A stretch of 62,803 nt of DNA from Actinomycetota bacterium (GTDB lineage: Bacteria > Actinomycetota > UBA4738 > HRBIN12), in contig DATLPI010000056.1 in NCBI GenBank assembly GCA_035535815.1, forward strand, positions 1 through 62,803. The letters are read 5' to 3'. Numbering within the stretch: the first letter of the stretch is position 1; each line of letters opens with the position of its first letter. Positions 9,294 through 17,893 of this stretch are shown in pieces. The translations under genes were made by a program, and so were the position numbers. Under the pieces are notes generated by a model. That model made no database searches and had not been told where the DNA came from. It was given only the letters and a program-made list of their open reading frames with translations.

Positions 9294-10772
9294 GTGACCA
9301 CGTACTCCTACTCCAGTGATGCGCCGGGCGAGATCCGGACCGGGTTGCTGATCGTGCCGGTGTTCCAGGGGCCCGCCCCGGGCCCGGGCGTGCGAGAGAT
9401 GGGCTTGGCTGACGCGTACGCCGGGGCCAAGCTCACCGGCAAGAAGGGCGAGCACCTGCTCGTCACGGCCCGAACCGGGGATCGGTTCGCCGCGGGTGCG
9501 GTGCTGCTGGTGGGCGTCGGTCCGAAGGCCGAGTTCACGGTGGATGCGGCCCGGCGGGCGCTCGGCCGGACCGCCGGCACCGCGCGGCGCTTCGGCACGG
9601 TGGCCACGACCTTCCCGACGGTGTTCAGCGCCAAGCAGGCGGCCGACGCGGTCGGGGCGAGCATCGAAGGGCTCGGCCTGGGTGCCTACCGATTCGACCG
9701 CTACCGGACGAAGAAGGCCGATGGCAAGGACCTGCGTCGCATCACGGCCGTGGGGCCGCCCCGGTGGGACGCCAAGCCGCTGAACGCCACGGTGAAGCAG
9801 GCCGCCACCATCGTCGAGGCCGTCTCGTGGGCACGTGACCTCGTGAACACGCCGGCGGGCGACATGCCGCCCGCCGAGATCGCCCGTGAGGCCCAGTCCA
9901 TGGCGAAGCAGGTCGGTCTCACGTGCAAGATCTGGAACGAGAAGCAGCTGGCCGATGGGGGCTTCAACGGCATCCTCGGCGTGGGCAAGGGCAGCGTGAA
10001 CCCCCCGCGCCTGATCGAGCTGAAGTACACCGGCGCGGGACGGGCGACCCCGATCGCGCTCACCGGCAAAGGCATCGCGTTCGACTCGGGCGGCCTGTCG
10101 ATCAAGGACGCCAAGGGCATGGAGACGATGAAGGACGACATGGGCGGCGCGGCCTCGATCCTGGCCACGATGAGGGTGATCGCCCAGCTGAAGCCGAAGA
10201 TCAACGTGATCGCCGCGATCCCCTGCAGCGAGAACATGCCGAGTGGTTCGGCGCAGAAACCCGGCGACGTCATCACCCACCGTGGCGGCACCACGTCGGA
10301 GGTGCTCAACACCGACGCGGAGGGCCGCCTCGTGCTGGCGGACGCGCTCGCCTATCTCGCCGAGAAGAAGCCGCAGCTGATCATCGACACCGCGACGCTC
10401 ACGGGCGCCTGCATGGTGGCGCTGGGCGACCGCATCTCCGGCGCGTTCGGCAACGATCGTGACCTGGCCGCCGATCTCGTCGCTGCCGGCGACGCCGTCG
10501 GGGAACCGATGTGGGAGATGCCGCTGTTCAAGGACTACCGGGCGTTGATCGATTCGCCGGTGGCCGACATCAAGAACATCGGCGACCGCTGGGGCGGCGC
10601 CATCACGGCGGCGTGGTTCCTGGCCGAGTTCGTCGGTCAGACGCCATGGGTGCACGTTGACATCGCGGGACCGGCGTTCACCGATCGCGCTCACGATCTC
10701 GGACCGCGCGGCGCCACGGGGGTGCCGGTTCGCACCCTCGTCCGGTTCGTGCTGGACCGCGCCGGAGCCTGA
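9294..10772 (+). CDS. pepA: Leucyl aminopeptidase (M17 family)
   Basis: Contains VNTPAGDM, GKGIAFDSGGLSIK, MKDDMGGAA and NTDAEGRLVLADAL. GTG 9294 is preceded by GAAGGAG (9278-9284). Trimmed from track start 9120. Confidence 0.92.
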   Translation: MTTYSYSSDAPGEIRTGLLIVPVFQGPAPGPGVREMGLADAYAGAKLTGKKGEHLLVTARTGDRFAAGAVLLVGVGPKAEFTVDAARRALGRTAGTARRFGTVATTFPTVFSAKQAADAVGASIEGLGLGAYRFDRYRTKKADGKDLRRITAVGPPRWDAKPLNATVKQAATIVEAVSWARDLVNTPAGDMPPAEIAREAQSMAKQVGLTCKIWNEKQLADGGFNGILGVGKGSVNPPRLIELKYTGAGRATPIALTGKGIAFDSGGLSIKDAKGMETMKDDMGGAASILATMRVIAQLKPKINVIAAIPCSENMPSGSAQKPGDVITHRGGTTSEVLNTDAEGRLVLADALAYLAEKKPQLIIDTATLTGACMVALGDRISGAFGNDRDLAADLVAAGDAVGEPMWEMPLFKDYRALIDSPVADIKNIGDRWGGAITAAWFLAEFVGQTPWVHVDIAGPAFTDRAHDLGPRGATGVPVRTLVRFVLDRAGA

Positions 10773-10781
10773 GGGGCGGTC

Positions 10782-11513
10782 GTGGTCGACGCCGAACTCC
10801 CGCCATCTGAGCCGCGCACCGGCCCGGTGCTCGCGGTCTTCGCCCACCCCGACGACGCGGAGATCTCGGTGGGCGGCACGATCGCGAAGTGGTGCGCCGC
10901 CGGCCGAGAGGTCCATCTGTTGGTGCTGACGAACGGCGACCGCGGCTCGAGCGACCCCGCCCAAGATCGTGAGGACCTCGCGCGCATCCGATACGCCGAG
11001 ACGGTGGCCGCGGGCCAGGTCCTGGGGCTGGCGAGCGTCCGGATCCTCAGTATCCACGACGGCGAGCTGGAGAATACCGACGACGTCCGCGAGGCCGTGA
11101 CACGGCGTGTCCGCGAGGTCCGAGCCGAGACGCTCCTGTCCTGCGACCCGACGCTCATCTTCTTCAGGGACAGCTACTACAACCACTCCGACCATCGCAC
11201 CGCCGGGTTCATCGCGCTCGACTCGGTGTTCCCGGGTTCGGGCAACCCCCACTTCCACTCAGAGCATCTGGGGGAAGGCCTGGAGATCCAGGAGGTGACC
11301 GACGTCTGGCTCGGCTGGACGGACGAGCCGAACCACGTCGAGGACATCAGCGAGCATTTCCGCGCGAAGGTGGACGCCCTGGCCGAGCACGCGAGCCAGC
11401 TCGCCGAGGGCATCCGGTTCTTCGAGAAGTTCCTGGCCGAGGACGCGGTGAAGGCCGGCGAGAAGATCGGCGTCACCCACGCCGAGGAGTTCCGCGTCCT
11501 GGATCTCCGGTGA
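10782..11513 (+). CDS. PIG-L / LmbE family N-acetylglucosaminyl deacetylase
   Basis: 243 aa with the family signatures VFAHPDDAEISVGGTIAKW and YNHSDH. Confidence 0.8.
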   Translation: MVDAELPPSEPRTGPVLAVFAHPDDAEISVGGTIAKWCAAGREVHLLVLTNGDRGSSDPAQDREDLARIRYAETVAAGQVLGLASVRILSIHDGELENTDDVREAVTRRVREVRAETLLSCDPTLIFFRDSYYNHSDHRTAGFIALDSVFPGSGNPHFHSEHLGEGLEIQEVTDVWLGWTDEPNHVEDISEHFRAKVDALAEHASQLAEGIRFFEKFLAEDAVKAGEKIGVTHAEEFRVLDLR

Positions 11514-12223
11514 GCGAACGCACCCATGGGATCGATCGGCGAGCGATCGGCGCCGGCATGGTCGCCGTCGTAGTGCTGGTCGCGGTGGCCGCGATCTCGA
11601 TCGGCGAGGAGGGAGGCGGACCGACCGGCCTGCGGCGCGCCTCCGCCTCGCTGGCACCGGTGACCGAACGACTCACGAACGTCGGCGGCGTCTACCAGGA
11701 GGAACCCGGCATCGGCCTCGACGATCTCGACCCCGCCGAGCTGCCCTATCCCTACACCCGTCCGATCCCGCCCGAGGAAGCATCACCGATCGACGGGGCA
11801 TACCTGAAGATCACGCCGCTCGAGGGTCTCGGGCAACCGGCGGTCGCGCTGCCGATCCGCTGCCTGCGCTGCATCCCCTTCCGCATCGAAGCCGGGGTCA
11901 GCACGCTGATCCTGTTCCACGGCCGGTACTTCCTGCATCACCAGCTGTCCGATTTCCGATCGCTGGGATTCTTCGCCGTCGAGGGCCACCGCGTGACGTT
12001 CTCGAACGATCCGAGCTGCCCGACGACGCATGGCGTCTACCGGTGGCGACGCGAGGGCGTCGAACTCATCCTCGACGTGATCGACGATCCGTGTCCGTTC
12101 GACGAGCTCCGGGCCCAGGACCTCACGGCTTCGCCGTGGACCTCGTTCAACCACTGCATCTCGCGGTTCGTGGGCCTGTGGCCTGGCGAGCTCGGCTGTG
12201 AGAAGCGGCGGTTCCAGCCGTGA
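11510..12223 (+). CDS. Hypothetical membrane-anchored, Cys-rich protein
   Basis: 237 aa. GTGA overlap with the upstream gene. It has one N-terminal TM helix (GAGMVAVVVLVAVAAISI) and 8 Cys in the C-terminal 150 aa. I recognise no family. Confidence 0.55.
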   Translation: MSERTHGIDRRAIGAGMVAVVVLVAVAAISIGEEGGGPTGLRRASASLAPVTERLTNVGGVYQEEPGIGLDDLDPAELPYPYTRPIPPEEASPIDGAYLKITPLEGLGQPAVALPIRCLRCIPFRIEAGVSTLILFHGRYFLHHQLSDFRSLGFFAVEGHRVTFSNDPSCPTTHGVYRWRREGVELILDVIDDPCPFDELRAQDLTASPWTSFNHCISRFVGLWPGELGCEKRRFQP

Positions 12224-12229
12224 TGCGGC

Positions 12230-13021
12230 TCACACCTTGACGGCGGTCGACAGGATGACTTCGCGGAAGTCGTTGAGCGGATCGGGGAAGCGTTCGGCGA
12301 ACACGGCCGAGGCCCTCGCCCGGAACGCATCCCAGCCCGAGGCACTCAGCATCTCGCGCACGAACCGACCCGAGGCGAACACGCTCATCCCATCGATGTA
12401 CTCCTCGCGGTCGTACACCCACCGGTACTTGCGGACCTCGGTGCGTACATGGCGGAGGCCGGCGTCGATCAGCACCTCTTCGATCTGGTCGCGCTTGCGG
12501 AACTTGTCGTGCCAGGGCCGAGCTTCGGCGTAGGCGGGCTCGAGGATCTCGCGCGGCACCACCGACTCCACCAGTTCGCTCCACGCCGTCTGGTAGGCGT
12601 CGACGCCGTCGGACCAGGACGAGAACCCGATCGTGCCGCCGGTCTTCAGCACGCGCATCGCGTCGAAGATCGCGGTCTCGTACTTCGTGAAGTGCGCCAG
12701 CACGAAGTTGCCGATCGCGGCGTCGAAGACCGACGCGCGGAACGGCAGGTCGATCGCCTCGGCCGCCGCCACGGCCTCGGCCGGGCGCTCGCGGCGCGCC
12801 ACGTGCAGCATGCCCATCGATTCGTCGATGCCGACCACGCGGGCGCCCACCTTCGTGGCCGCCTCGGCGGCGATCCCGGTCCCGGTGCCGATGTCGAGGA
12901 GCAGGTGACCTTCGCCGATCCCGGCCTGCGCAACCAGGTCGTCGGCGACCTGGACGAACCGTGACGCGTGCACGCGTTCGTAGGTCTCGGCGACGTCGTC
13001 GTAGCTGCGCCAATCGTCCAT
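12230..13021 (-). CDS. Class I SAM-dependent methyltransferase
   Basis: Motif I is LLDIGTGTGIAA, followed by VVGIDES and FDAAIGNFVLAHF. I prefer the ATG at 13021 (MDDWRSYDD). The track start 13054 would be a TTG. Confidence 0.8.
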   Translation of the reverse strand: MDDWRSYDDVAETYERVHASRFVQVADDLVAQAGIGEGHLLLDIGTGTGIAAEAATKVGARVVGIDESMGMLHVARRERPAEAVAAAEAIDLPFRASVFDAAIGNFVLAHFTKYETAIFDAMRVLKTGGTIGFSSWSDGVDAYQTAWSELVESVVPREILEPAYAEARPWHDKFRKRDQIEEVLIDAGLRHVRTEVRKYRWVYDREEYIDGMSVFASGRFVREMLSASGWDAFRARASAVFAERFPDPLNDFREVILSTAVKV

Positions 13022-13110
13022 GTGGGCAGTCAGCCTACCGGCCGTCGGCGCCAACGAAGCCCGCCTCCGGGCGCGGGTAGGCTGTCGAGCCGTATGCGGG
13101 ATGCGAACAG

Positions 13111-13887
13111 GTGACCGGCGCGGCAGGCTACATGGCGCTCGTGCTGGCGGAGGCGGTCGCCGGCTCCCTGGCGTTCCTGTGGTGCGTCCCGTTGTGGAAC
13201 GAGGTCAAGCGCGGGTTCTTCACCCTCACGTCTTCGATCCTGCTGGTGCTGGCCGTGGCCGCGTGGTGGTCGGCGAAGGTTGCCCTGGTGGCGGGCGAGG
13301 ACGCCGGGCTCTGGTCGGTGCGGCTCGCGCTCGCTACCGCGGTCGCGGTGGGTGTGACGTTCCTGTTGATGCTGGCCAAGCAGCACACGGTGGCCAGGGT
13401 GGTGGGGCTGCTCAGCGTGCCCCTGTCGATCGCGGTGCTCGTAGCGATGGCGGGCACCGGCCGGCAGTCCTACGCGCTGTCGCTGTTCCAGCTGCTGGCG
13501 GGCGCGGCGTTCCTCGGAACCATCACGGACGGGCTGCTGCTGGGGCACTGGTACCTCACGGACCGGGGATTGCCTCGTGGACCGATCAACCGGTACACGA
13601 CGGCGATGCTGATCGCCGTGGGCGTAGAGGCGGTGGCGGTCATCTCGGGCGGGTTCTCGGCGACCGCCGACTCCGGCTCGCTCAACCCGTTGCTCACCGC
13701 CGGCGCGCTCGCGCCGTGGATCGCGCTGGGCATGGTGGGGACGACGGCGTTGATCGCGGTGCTCACCCGCGCCGCGCTCAAGGGTGAACGGGCGTCCGCC
13801 GTGCAGTCGGCCACCGGCTTCTACTACCTCGCGGTCGTGACGGGCTTCACCGCGGAGGTCGCGTTCAAGACCAGGTTCCTGGGCTGA
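13111..13887 (+). CDS. Polytopic membrane protein of unknown function
   Basis: 258 aa with ~7-8 hydrophobic helices and codon usage typical of the window. No family recognised. Confidence 0.6.
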   Translation: MTGAAGYMALVLAEAVAGSLAFLWCVPLWNEVKRGFFTLTSSILLVLAVAAWWSAKVALVAGEDAGLWSVRLALATAVAVGVTFLLMLAKQHTVARVVGLLSVPLSIAVLVAMAGTGRQSYALSLFQLLAGAAFLGTITDGLLLGHWYLTDRGLPRGPINRYTTAMLIAVGVEAVAVISGGFSATADSGSLNPLLTAGALAPWIALGMVGTTALIAVLTRAALKGERASAVQSATGFYYLAVVTGFTAEVAFKTRFLG

Positions 13888-13890
13888 TCG

Positions 13891-14553
13891 ATGCAGTGGG
13901 CAGTCATGGCCGCCGGGCTCGTCGCCGAGATCGTGGGGTGGTGGTTCGTCTCCGCCCGCGGGCGCGACGTCTGGCGCCTGATGCCGATCGTGCTGGGCAC
14001 GATGGGGGTGGCGGCGGTGCTGGCCAGGCCGCCGGTGGCCGCCGCCGAGGTCACGGCGACGACGGCGCTGGCCGCCGGCCTGGCCAGTGGCCTCGCGCTC
14101 TTCCTGGGCACCCGTGTCTTCGTCTGGGCCGCAGCGCATTGGGAGCCGTTCCGGCGGGACGTCGTGGAGAAATACTCCGAGGCCGCCGAGGTGTCACTCA
14201 CGCGCTCGCTGCTGTTGTCCCTGGTGATCATGGTGCCGTCGGAAGAGCTCTTCTGGCGGGGGTTGTTCCAGGGCCGCCTGGCCGTTGCGATGGCCGCGGG
14301 GGCGGCAGCGGTGGTGGCGTGGGTCGGATACGTCGTGGCCAACGTCTCGAGCCGCTCCCTGCCGATCGTGGCGGGCGCGGTGGTGGGCGGGGCGCTCTGG
14401 ACCGGCCTCGCCTGGTGGTCGGGCGGCGTGCTGGCGAGTCTCGCGAGCCATATCCTGTGGACGGGGTTGATGCTCGCGCTGCCGCCGGGAGCCGGCCGAC
14501 CCAGGTTCCGGTTGCGTTCCGGCGCCCAGACCACGGGAGACCAGAAGATATGA
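13891..14553 (+). CDS. CPBP (CAAX/Abi) family intramembrane metalloprotease
   Basis: 220 aa polytopic protein with the EELFWRG motif (PSEELFWRGLFQ) and a distal HILW motif. It starts 4 nt after the preceding membrane-protein gene. Confidence 0.75.
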   Translation: MQWAVMAAGLVAEIVGWWFVSARGRDVWRLMPIVLGTMGVAAVLARPPVAAAEVTATTALAAGLASGLALFLGTRVFVWAAAHWEPFRRDVVEKYSEAAEVSLTRSLLLSLVIMVPSEELFWRGLFQGRLAVAMAAGAAAVVAWVGYVVANVSSRSLPIVAGAVVGGALWTGLAWWSGGVLASLASHILWTGLMLALPPGAGRPRFRLRSGAQTTGDQKI

Positions 14554-14566
14554 GGAGAGCGAACGC

Positions 14567-15514
14567 GTGAGCTTCCTGTCGACCGCGGTCCAGCAGGTCT
14601 TGGACGAGGGACGGTTCTGTGCCGTGGCCACCTCGACGCCGCGCGGCCCGCACTGCACGCCGCTGGTGTTCGCGGCCTCGGGCGGACGCATCTGGCTCAC
14701 CACGTCTCGCGGCTCGGTGAAGACCCGTGCGTGGAAGGTGGACCCCAGCGTCTCGGGGCTCGTCCGCTCCGGGGGGCTGTCCGTGACCTTCACCGGCCAC
14801 GTCAAGACCTACGACGCGCTGGACCGCGGAACCTGGGGCGCGGCGGTCGCGGGCGCCACCTCGATCGCGCGAGCCACCGCGAAGTTCTCCAAAAAGAACG
14901 CTCGATTCTTCGCCGGCTACGCACTCGATGCCCGTCAGGTGCCGTTGGCGTGGACGCCGCCGGGTCGGGTGTTCGTGGGCATCGACCTCGAACGGACCGC
15001 GCTGCTCGACGAGGACGGCGTCCAGGAGGGTCGCGGACGTTGGGGCGGCGGAGCCGAGTCGCACCCGACGTTCCGCTCGCACAAGCAGGGCCCGGATCCG
15101 CTCGCCGAGTTGCCCGCTGACATCGCGGCCTCGCTCGGCCGCAGCGGAGAGGGCGTGCTGACCGTCGCCGGCGCGCGCGGGCCGGTGTCGCTGCCGGCGC
15201 GCTGGCTCGCCGAACCCTCCGCGCTCTACGTCGCGCTCCCCGCCGAAACGCTCGCGCTCGCCGGGGCCGGGCCCAACGCCGCGATGGCGCTCACGATCGA
15301 TCAAGCCAGCGAATGGCGAGCGCGCGACATGGTGGGCGCCATGGTGCAGGGCGAAGGCTCGATCTACCTCGTGGATTCCCTGGGGTCGGGCGGGAAGACC
15401 GCGAAGGCCTTGGCGGCCGGACTGCATCCGGGCTCTGACGCGCTCGTGCGCCTGGCTCCCTCGCGCCTGGTCTGGTGGAAGGGTTGGTCCAGCGGGAGCG
15501 CGCCGGTCGGATGA
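14567..15514 (+). CDS. Pyridoxamine 5'-phosphate oxidase-like (split-barrel flavin/F420-binding) family protein
   Basis: 315 aa. The N-terminal region GRFCAVATSTPRGPHCTPLVFAASGGRIWLTTSRGSVKTRAW is PPOX-like. A second, similar half may be present. The assignment is by eye only. Confidence 0.5.
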   Translation: MSFLSTAVQQVLDEGRFCAVATSTPRGPHCTPLVFAASGGRIWLTTSRGSVKTRAWKVDPSVSGLVRSGGLSVTFTGHVKTYDALDRGTWGAAVAGATSIARATAKFSKKNARFFAGYALDARQVPLAWTPPGRVFVGIDLERTALLDEDGVQEGRGRWGGGAESHPTFRSHKQGPDPLAELPADIAASLGRSGEGVLTVAGARGPVSLPARWLAEPSALYVALPAETLALAGAGPNAAMALTIDQASEWRARDMVGAMVQGEGSIYLVDSLGSGGKTAKALAAGLHPGSDALVRLAPSRLVWWKGWSSGSAPVG

Positions 15515-15960
15515 CCACCGTCGAGTTCTCGGTGGAGGTCGAAGCACCGCCCGAGCAGGTGTGGGCGGTGGCGAGCGACCCCCGCAACCTCCCGCACTGG
15601 GACCGCCACGTGGTGAACGTGGCGCTGCCGGAAGGTGGCATGAGGCTCGGCGCCCGCTATTCCGTGGTGATGGGCTTCATGGGAGTCAACTCCACGGTGC
15701 GCGCCGAGGTGCTGGAATGGGAACCGCCCTGGCGCTCGAAGGTCCACCTGAGCGGCCTGCTCGATGCGATCGTCACCACGTCGGTGGGCTCGCTCCCGTA
15801 TGAGCGCAGCATGCTCCGGCACGAGGTCGACTACCGGTTCCGAGGTCCGCTCGGTGGGTTCGCGGCTGCCAGCCTGAACGCGGTGGGTGGCGCCCAGATG
15901 GGCCTTCGCCACGGGGTGCTGGCGCAGAAGGCCGAGATCGAATCGATGGCCCAGCGCTAA
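15511..15960 (+). CDS. SRPBCC family protein
   Basis: 149 aa, MTTVEFSVEVEAPPEQVWAVASDPRNLPHWDRHV. ATGA overlap with the upstream gene at 15511-15514. Confidence 0.65.
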   Translation: MTTVEFSVEVEAPPEQVWAVASDPRNLPHWDRHVVNVALPEGGMRLGARYSVVMGFMGVNSTVRAEVLEWEPPWRSKVHLSGLLDAIVTTSVGSLPYERSMLRHEVDYRFRGPLGGFAAASLNAVGGAQMGLRHGVLAQKAEIESMAQR

Positions 15961-16271
15961 CGCTGCTTGTTCATCCGACCCTTGCCCAGCTCGAACCGCC
16001 CCATCAACCACCCTGCGACCAGGCCGAGCAGCCCGGCCACCGCGATCGCCAGCCACAGCGGCGCGCGGACCTCGATGAACGTGAACGAGATCCGCACCTC
16101 CTCGGTGTTCTGGAGCAGGAACACCAGGAACGCCACGACCACCACGATGAGCAGGACCGTACGTGCCTTGACCTTGGACCCCTTCGGTTGGCCCGGATCG
16201 AAATCGTCCCGGCCGGTGTTGTCCTCGAGCATGCGCTTCGCGCCTCCTGTGACGAGCGTCGCCGCCATCAT
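15957..16271 (-). CDS. Small membrane protein, LapA-like (DUF1049-type) domain
   Basis: 104 aa from ATG 16271. Two TM helices (TVLLIVVVVAFLVFLL and LWLAIAVAGLLGLVAGWLMG) flank EEVRISFTFIEV. The remaining 5' part of the 302-aa track ORF looks non-coding in this frame and overlaps the PAP2 gene on the other strand. Confidence 0.55.
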   Translation of the reverse strand: MMAATLVTGGAKRMLEDNTGRDDFDPGQPKGSKVKARTVLLIVVVVAFLVFLLQNTEEVRISFTFIEVRAPLWLAIAVAGLLGLVAGWLMGRFELGKGRMNKQR

Positions 16272-16277
16272 GCATGA

Positions 16278-16874
16278 TTGCCCGCCGTGAACCTTCGAAG
16301 CGTGATCAAGGGCGTGACGCTCGCCGCGGCGGCGGCCGGCGTCGGCTACGCCGCGCTCCGCACCGCCGACGGGGAACGCCTGGACCGTGCGCTCTTCGAG
16401 GCCGGCAACACGGATGCCGGACCCGGCGCCGACCGGTTCTTCCTCGGGGTGACCGAGCTGGGTTCGCTGTATGCCGCCGCAGCTGCTGCTGGAGTGTTGG
16501 CCGTATCGGGACGTCCGCGCGAGGGCGCTCGCGCGCTCTCGGCCGCCGGGGCCACCTGGCTCCTGGGCCAGGGCCTGAAGAAGGCGGTGAACCGGCCCCG
16601 TCCCTACGAGGCCGACGCGGAGGCCACCCGGTTCCTGGTCGCGCCGCCCCATGGAACCTCTTGGCCCAGCAGCCATCCGGCGGTCCTGACCGCCTTCACG
16701 GCCGTCGCCGCGAGGGAACTGAGCGTCGGCGGGCTCGGCAACGCCGGGCTCACCGCGGTGGGCGCATCGGTGGCGGCCTCCCGCATCTACGTCGGCGTCC
16801 ACTACCCCTCCGACGTGGCGAGCGGGTTCCTGCTGGGCCGCGCGGTCGCGGCCTTGTGGCCACACCGTCGATAG
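16278..16874 (+). CDS. PAP2 superfamily (acid/lipid) phosphatase
   Basis: PAP2 motifs KKAVNRPRP, SWPSSH and SRIYVGVHYPSDV are present. The start is uncertain (TTG 16278, GTG 16287 or GTG 16302). Confidence 0.8.
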   Translation: MPAVNLRSVIKGVTLAAAAAGVGYAALRTADGERLDRALFEAGNTDAGPGADRFFLGVTELGSLYAAAAAAGVLAVSGRPREGARALSAAGATWLLGQGLKKAVNRPRPYEADAEATRFLVAPPHGTSWPSSHPAVLTAFTAVAARELSVGGLGNAGLTAVGASVAASRIYVGVHYPSDVASGFLLGRAVAALWPHRR

Positions 16875-17893
16875 ACTCGGCCTCGGTGCTCCCTTCGGTC
16901 CTCGCCATCGGTTGGCCCGTCCTCGACCGCATCCGATTCGGGGACTCGTTCGCGATCTCGCCGCACGGGCTCTTCATCGCGATCGGGTTCCTGGTGGGGG
17001 CGTGGCTGCTCGGGCGCATCGCCCCCCGATGGGGCGTGTCCACCGAGACCGTCAACGGGGTCGTCTTCTGGTCGCTGATCGGCGCGATCATCGGTTCGCG
17101 ACTGTTCTACGTGATCGCCCATTTCTCCGAGTTCGACAACGTCGGCCAGATGCTCGCGATCTGGCGTGGCGGCATCTCCCTGCTGGGCGGCATCGCCGGG
17201 GCGGTCATCATCAACACGTTCCGCGTCCGGCACGAGGGCTACCGGTTCTTCCAGGTCGCCGACCCGGTGGCTCCCGCGCTGGCCCTGGGGATCGCGGTGG
17301 GGCGGATCGGCGACCTCATCATCGGCGACCACATCGGCCGGCCCACGAGTTGGTTCCTGGCCTGGCACTACGAGGGCGGCACGCTGGCGCCACCGTTCGC
17401 GTGCGTCAACGAGTTGTGCCAGGCGGGGCTCCAGGGCGGCCATCTGCAGACGATCGATCGATCCGGAGCCAGGCTGCTCGACGCGAAGGGCGCGGTGATC
17501 GCCGCCGGGGTTGGCGTCCACCAGACGGCCCTCTACGACATGCTCATCGCCGCGGTCCTCTTCCTGTTCCTGTGGTTCGTGATGATGCGCAAGCCGCGCC
17601 GCGAGGGGATCCTCACCCTGACGTTCGGCCTCTGGTACGGGATCGCGCGGATCCTGGAGGACTCGCTACGGATCGACAAGCGGTTCTTCGGGCTCACCGG
17701 CAGCCAGTGGACGGCCGTGGCGGTGGCGACCGCCTCCGCGGTGGTCCTGCTGTGGTGGGCGCGTCATCCCGATCCCGAGGCGCCGAGCGGCGGGGGACCG
17801 GCGCCACCGGAGGACCGGACCGCCGTCGACGCCGGCAGCGACGGCGATCTCGACGAACCGGAACCTACCGGGCCGGCGACGTCATCAGCGTGA
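16856..17893 (+). CDS. lgt: Prolipoprotein diacylglyceryl transferase
   Basis: Contains FAISPHGLFIAIGFLVGAWL, WRGGISLLGGIAGA and GRIGDLIIGDHIGRPT. I used only the C-terminal ~345 codons of the 539-aa track ORF, with the start at GTG 16856 or 16886. The Arg-rich 5' extension overlaps the PAP2 gene out of frame. Confidence 0.85.
   Translation: MATPSIDSASVLPSVLAIGWPVLDRIRFGDSFAISPHGLFIAIGFLVGAWLLGRIAPRWGVSTETVNGVVFWSLIGAIIGSRLFYVIAHFSEFDNVGQMLAIWRGGISLLGGIAGAVIINTFRVRHEGYRFFQVADPVAPALALGIAVGRIGDLIIGDHIGRPTSWFLAWHYEGGTLAPPFACVNELCQAGLQGGHLQTIDRSGARLLDAKGAVIAAGVGVHQTALYDMLIAAVLFLFLWFVMMRKPRREGILTLTFGLWYGIARILEDSLRIDKRFFGLTGSQWTAVAVATASAVVLLWWARHPDPEAPSGGGPAPPEDRTAVDAGSDGDLDEPEPTGPATSSA

Noticed and set aside
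9252-11258. 668-aa minus-strand ORF.
   Set aside because: It is antisense to pepA and the PIG-L deacetylase, both of which have diagnostic motifs. The translation is Arg/Gly/Asp-rich with no domain signature.
16274-16855. Arg-rich 190-codon N-terminal extension of the lgt ORF, which would give a 539-aa protein.
   Set aside because: The extension overlaps the PAP2 phosphatase gene in another frame and has no Lgt similarity. Lgt homology begins near the GTG at 16856/16886.
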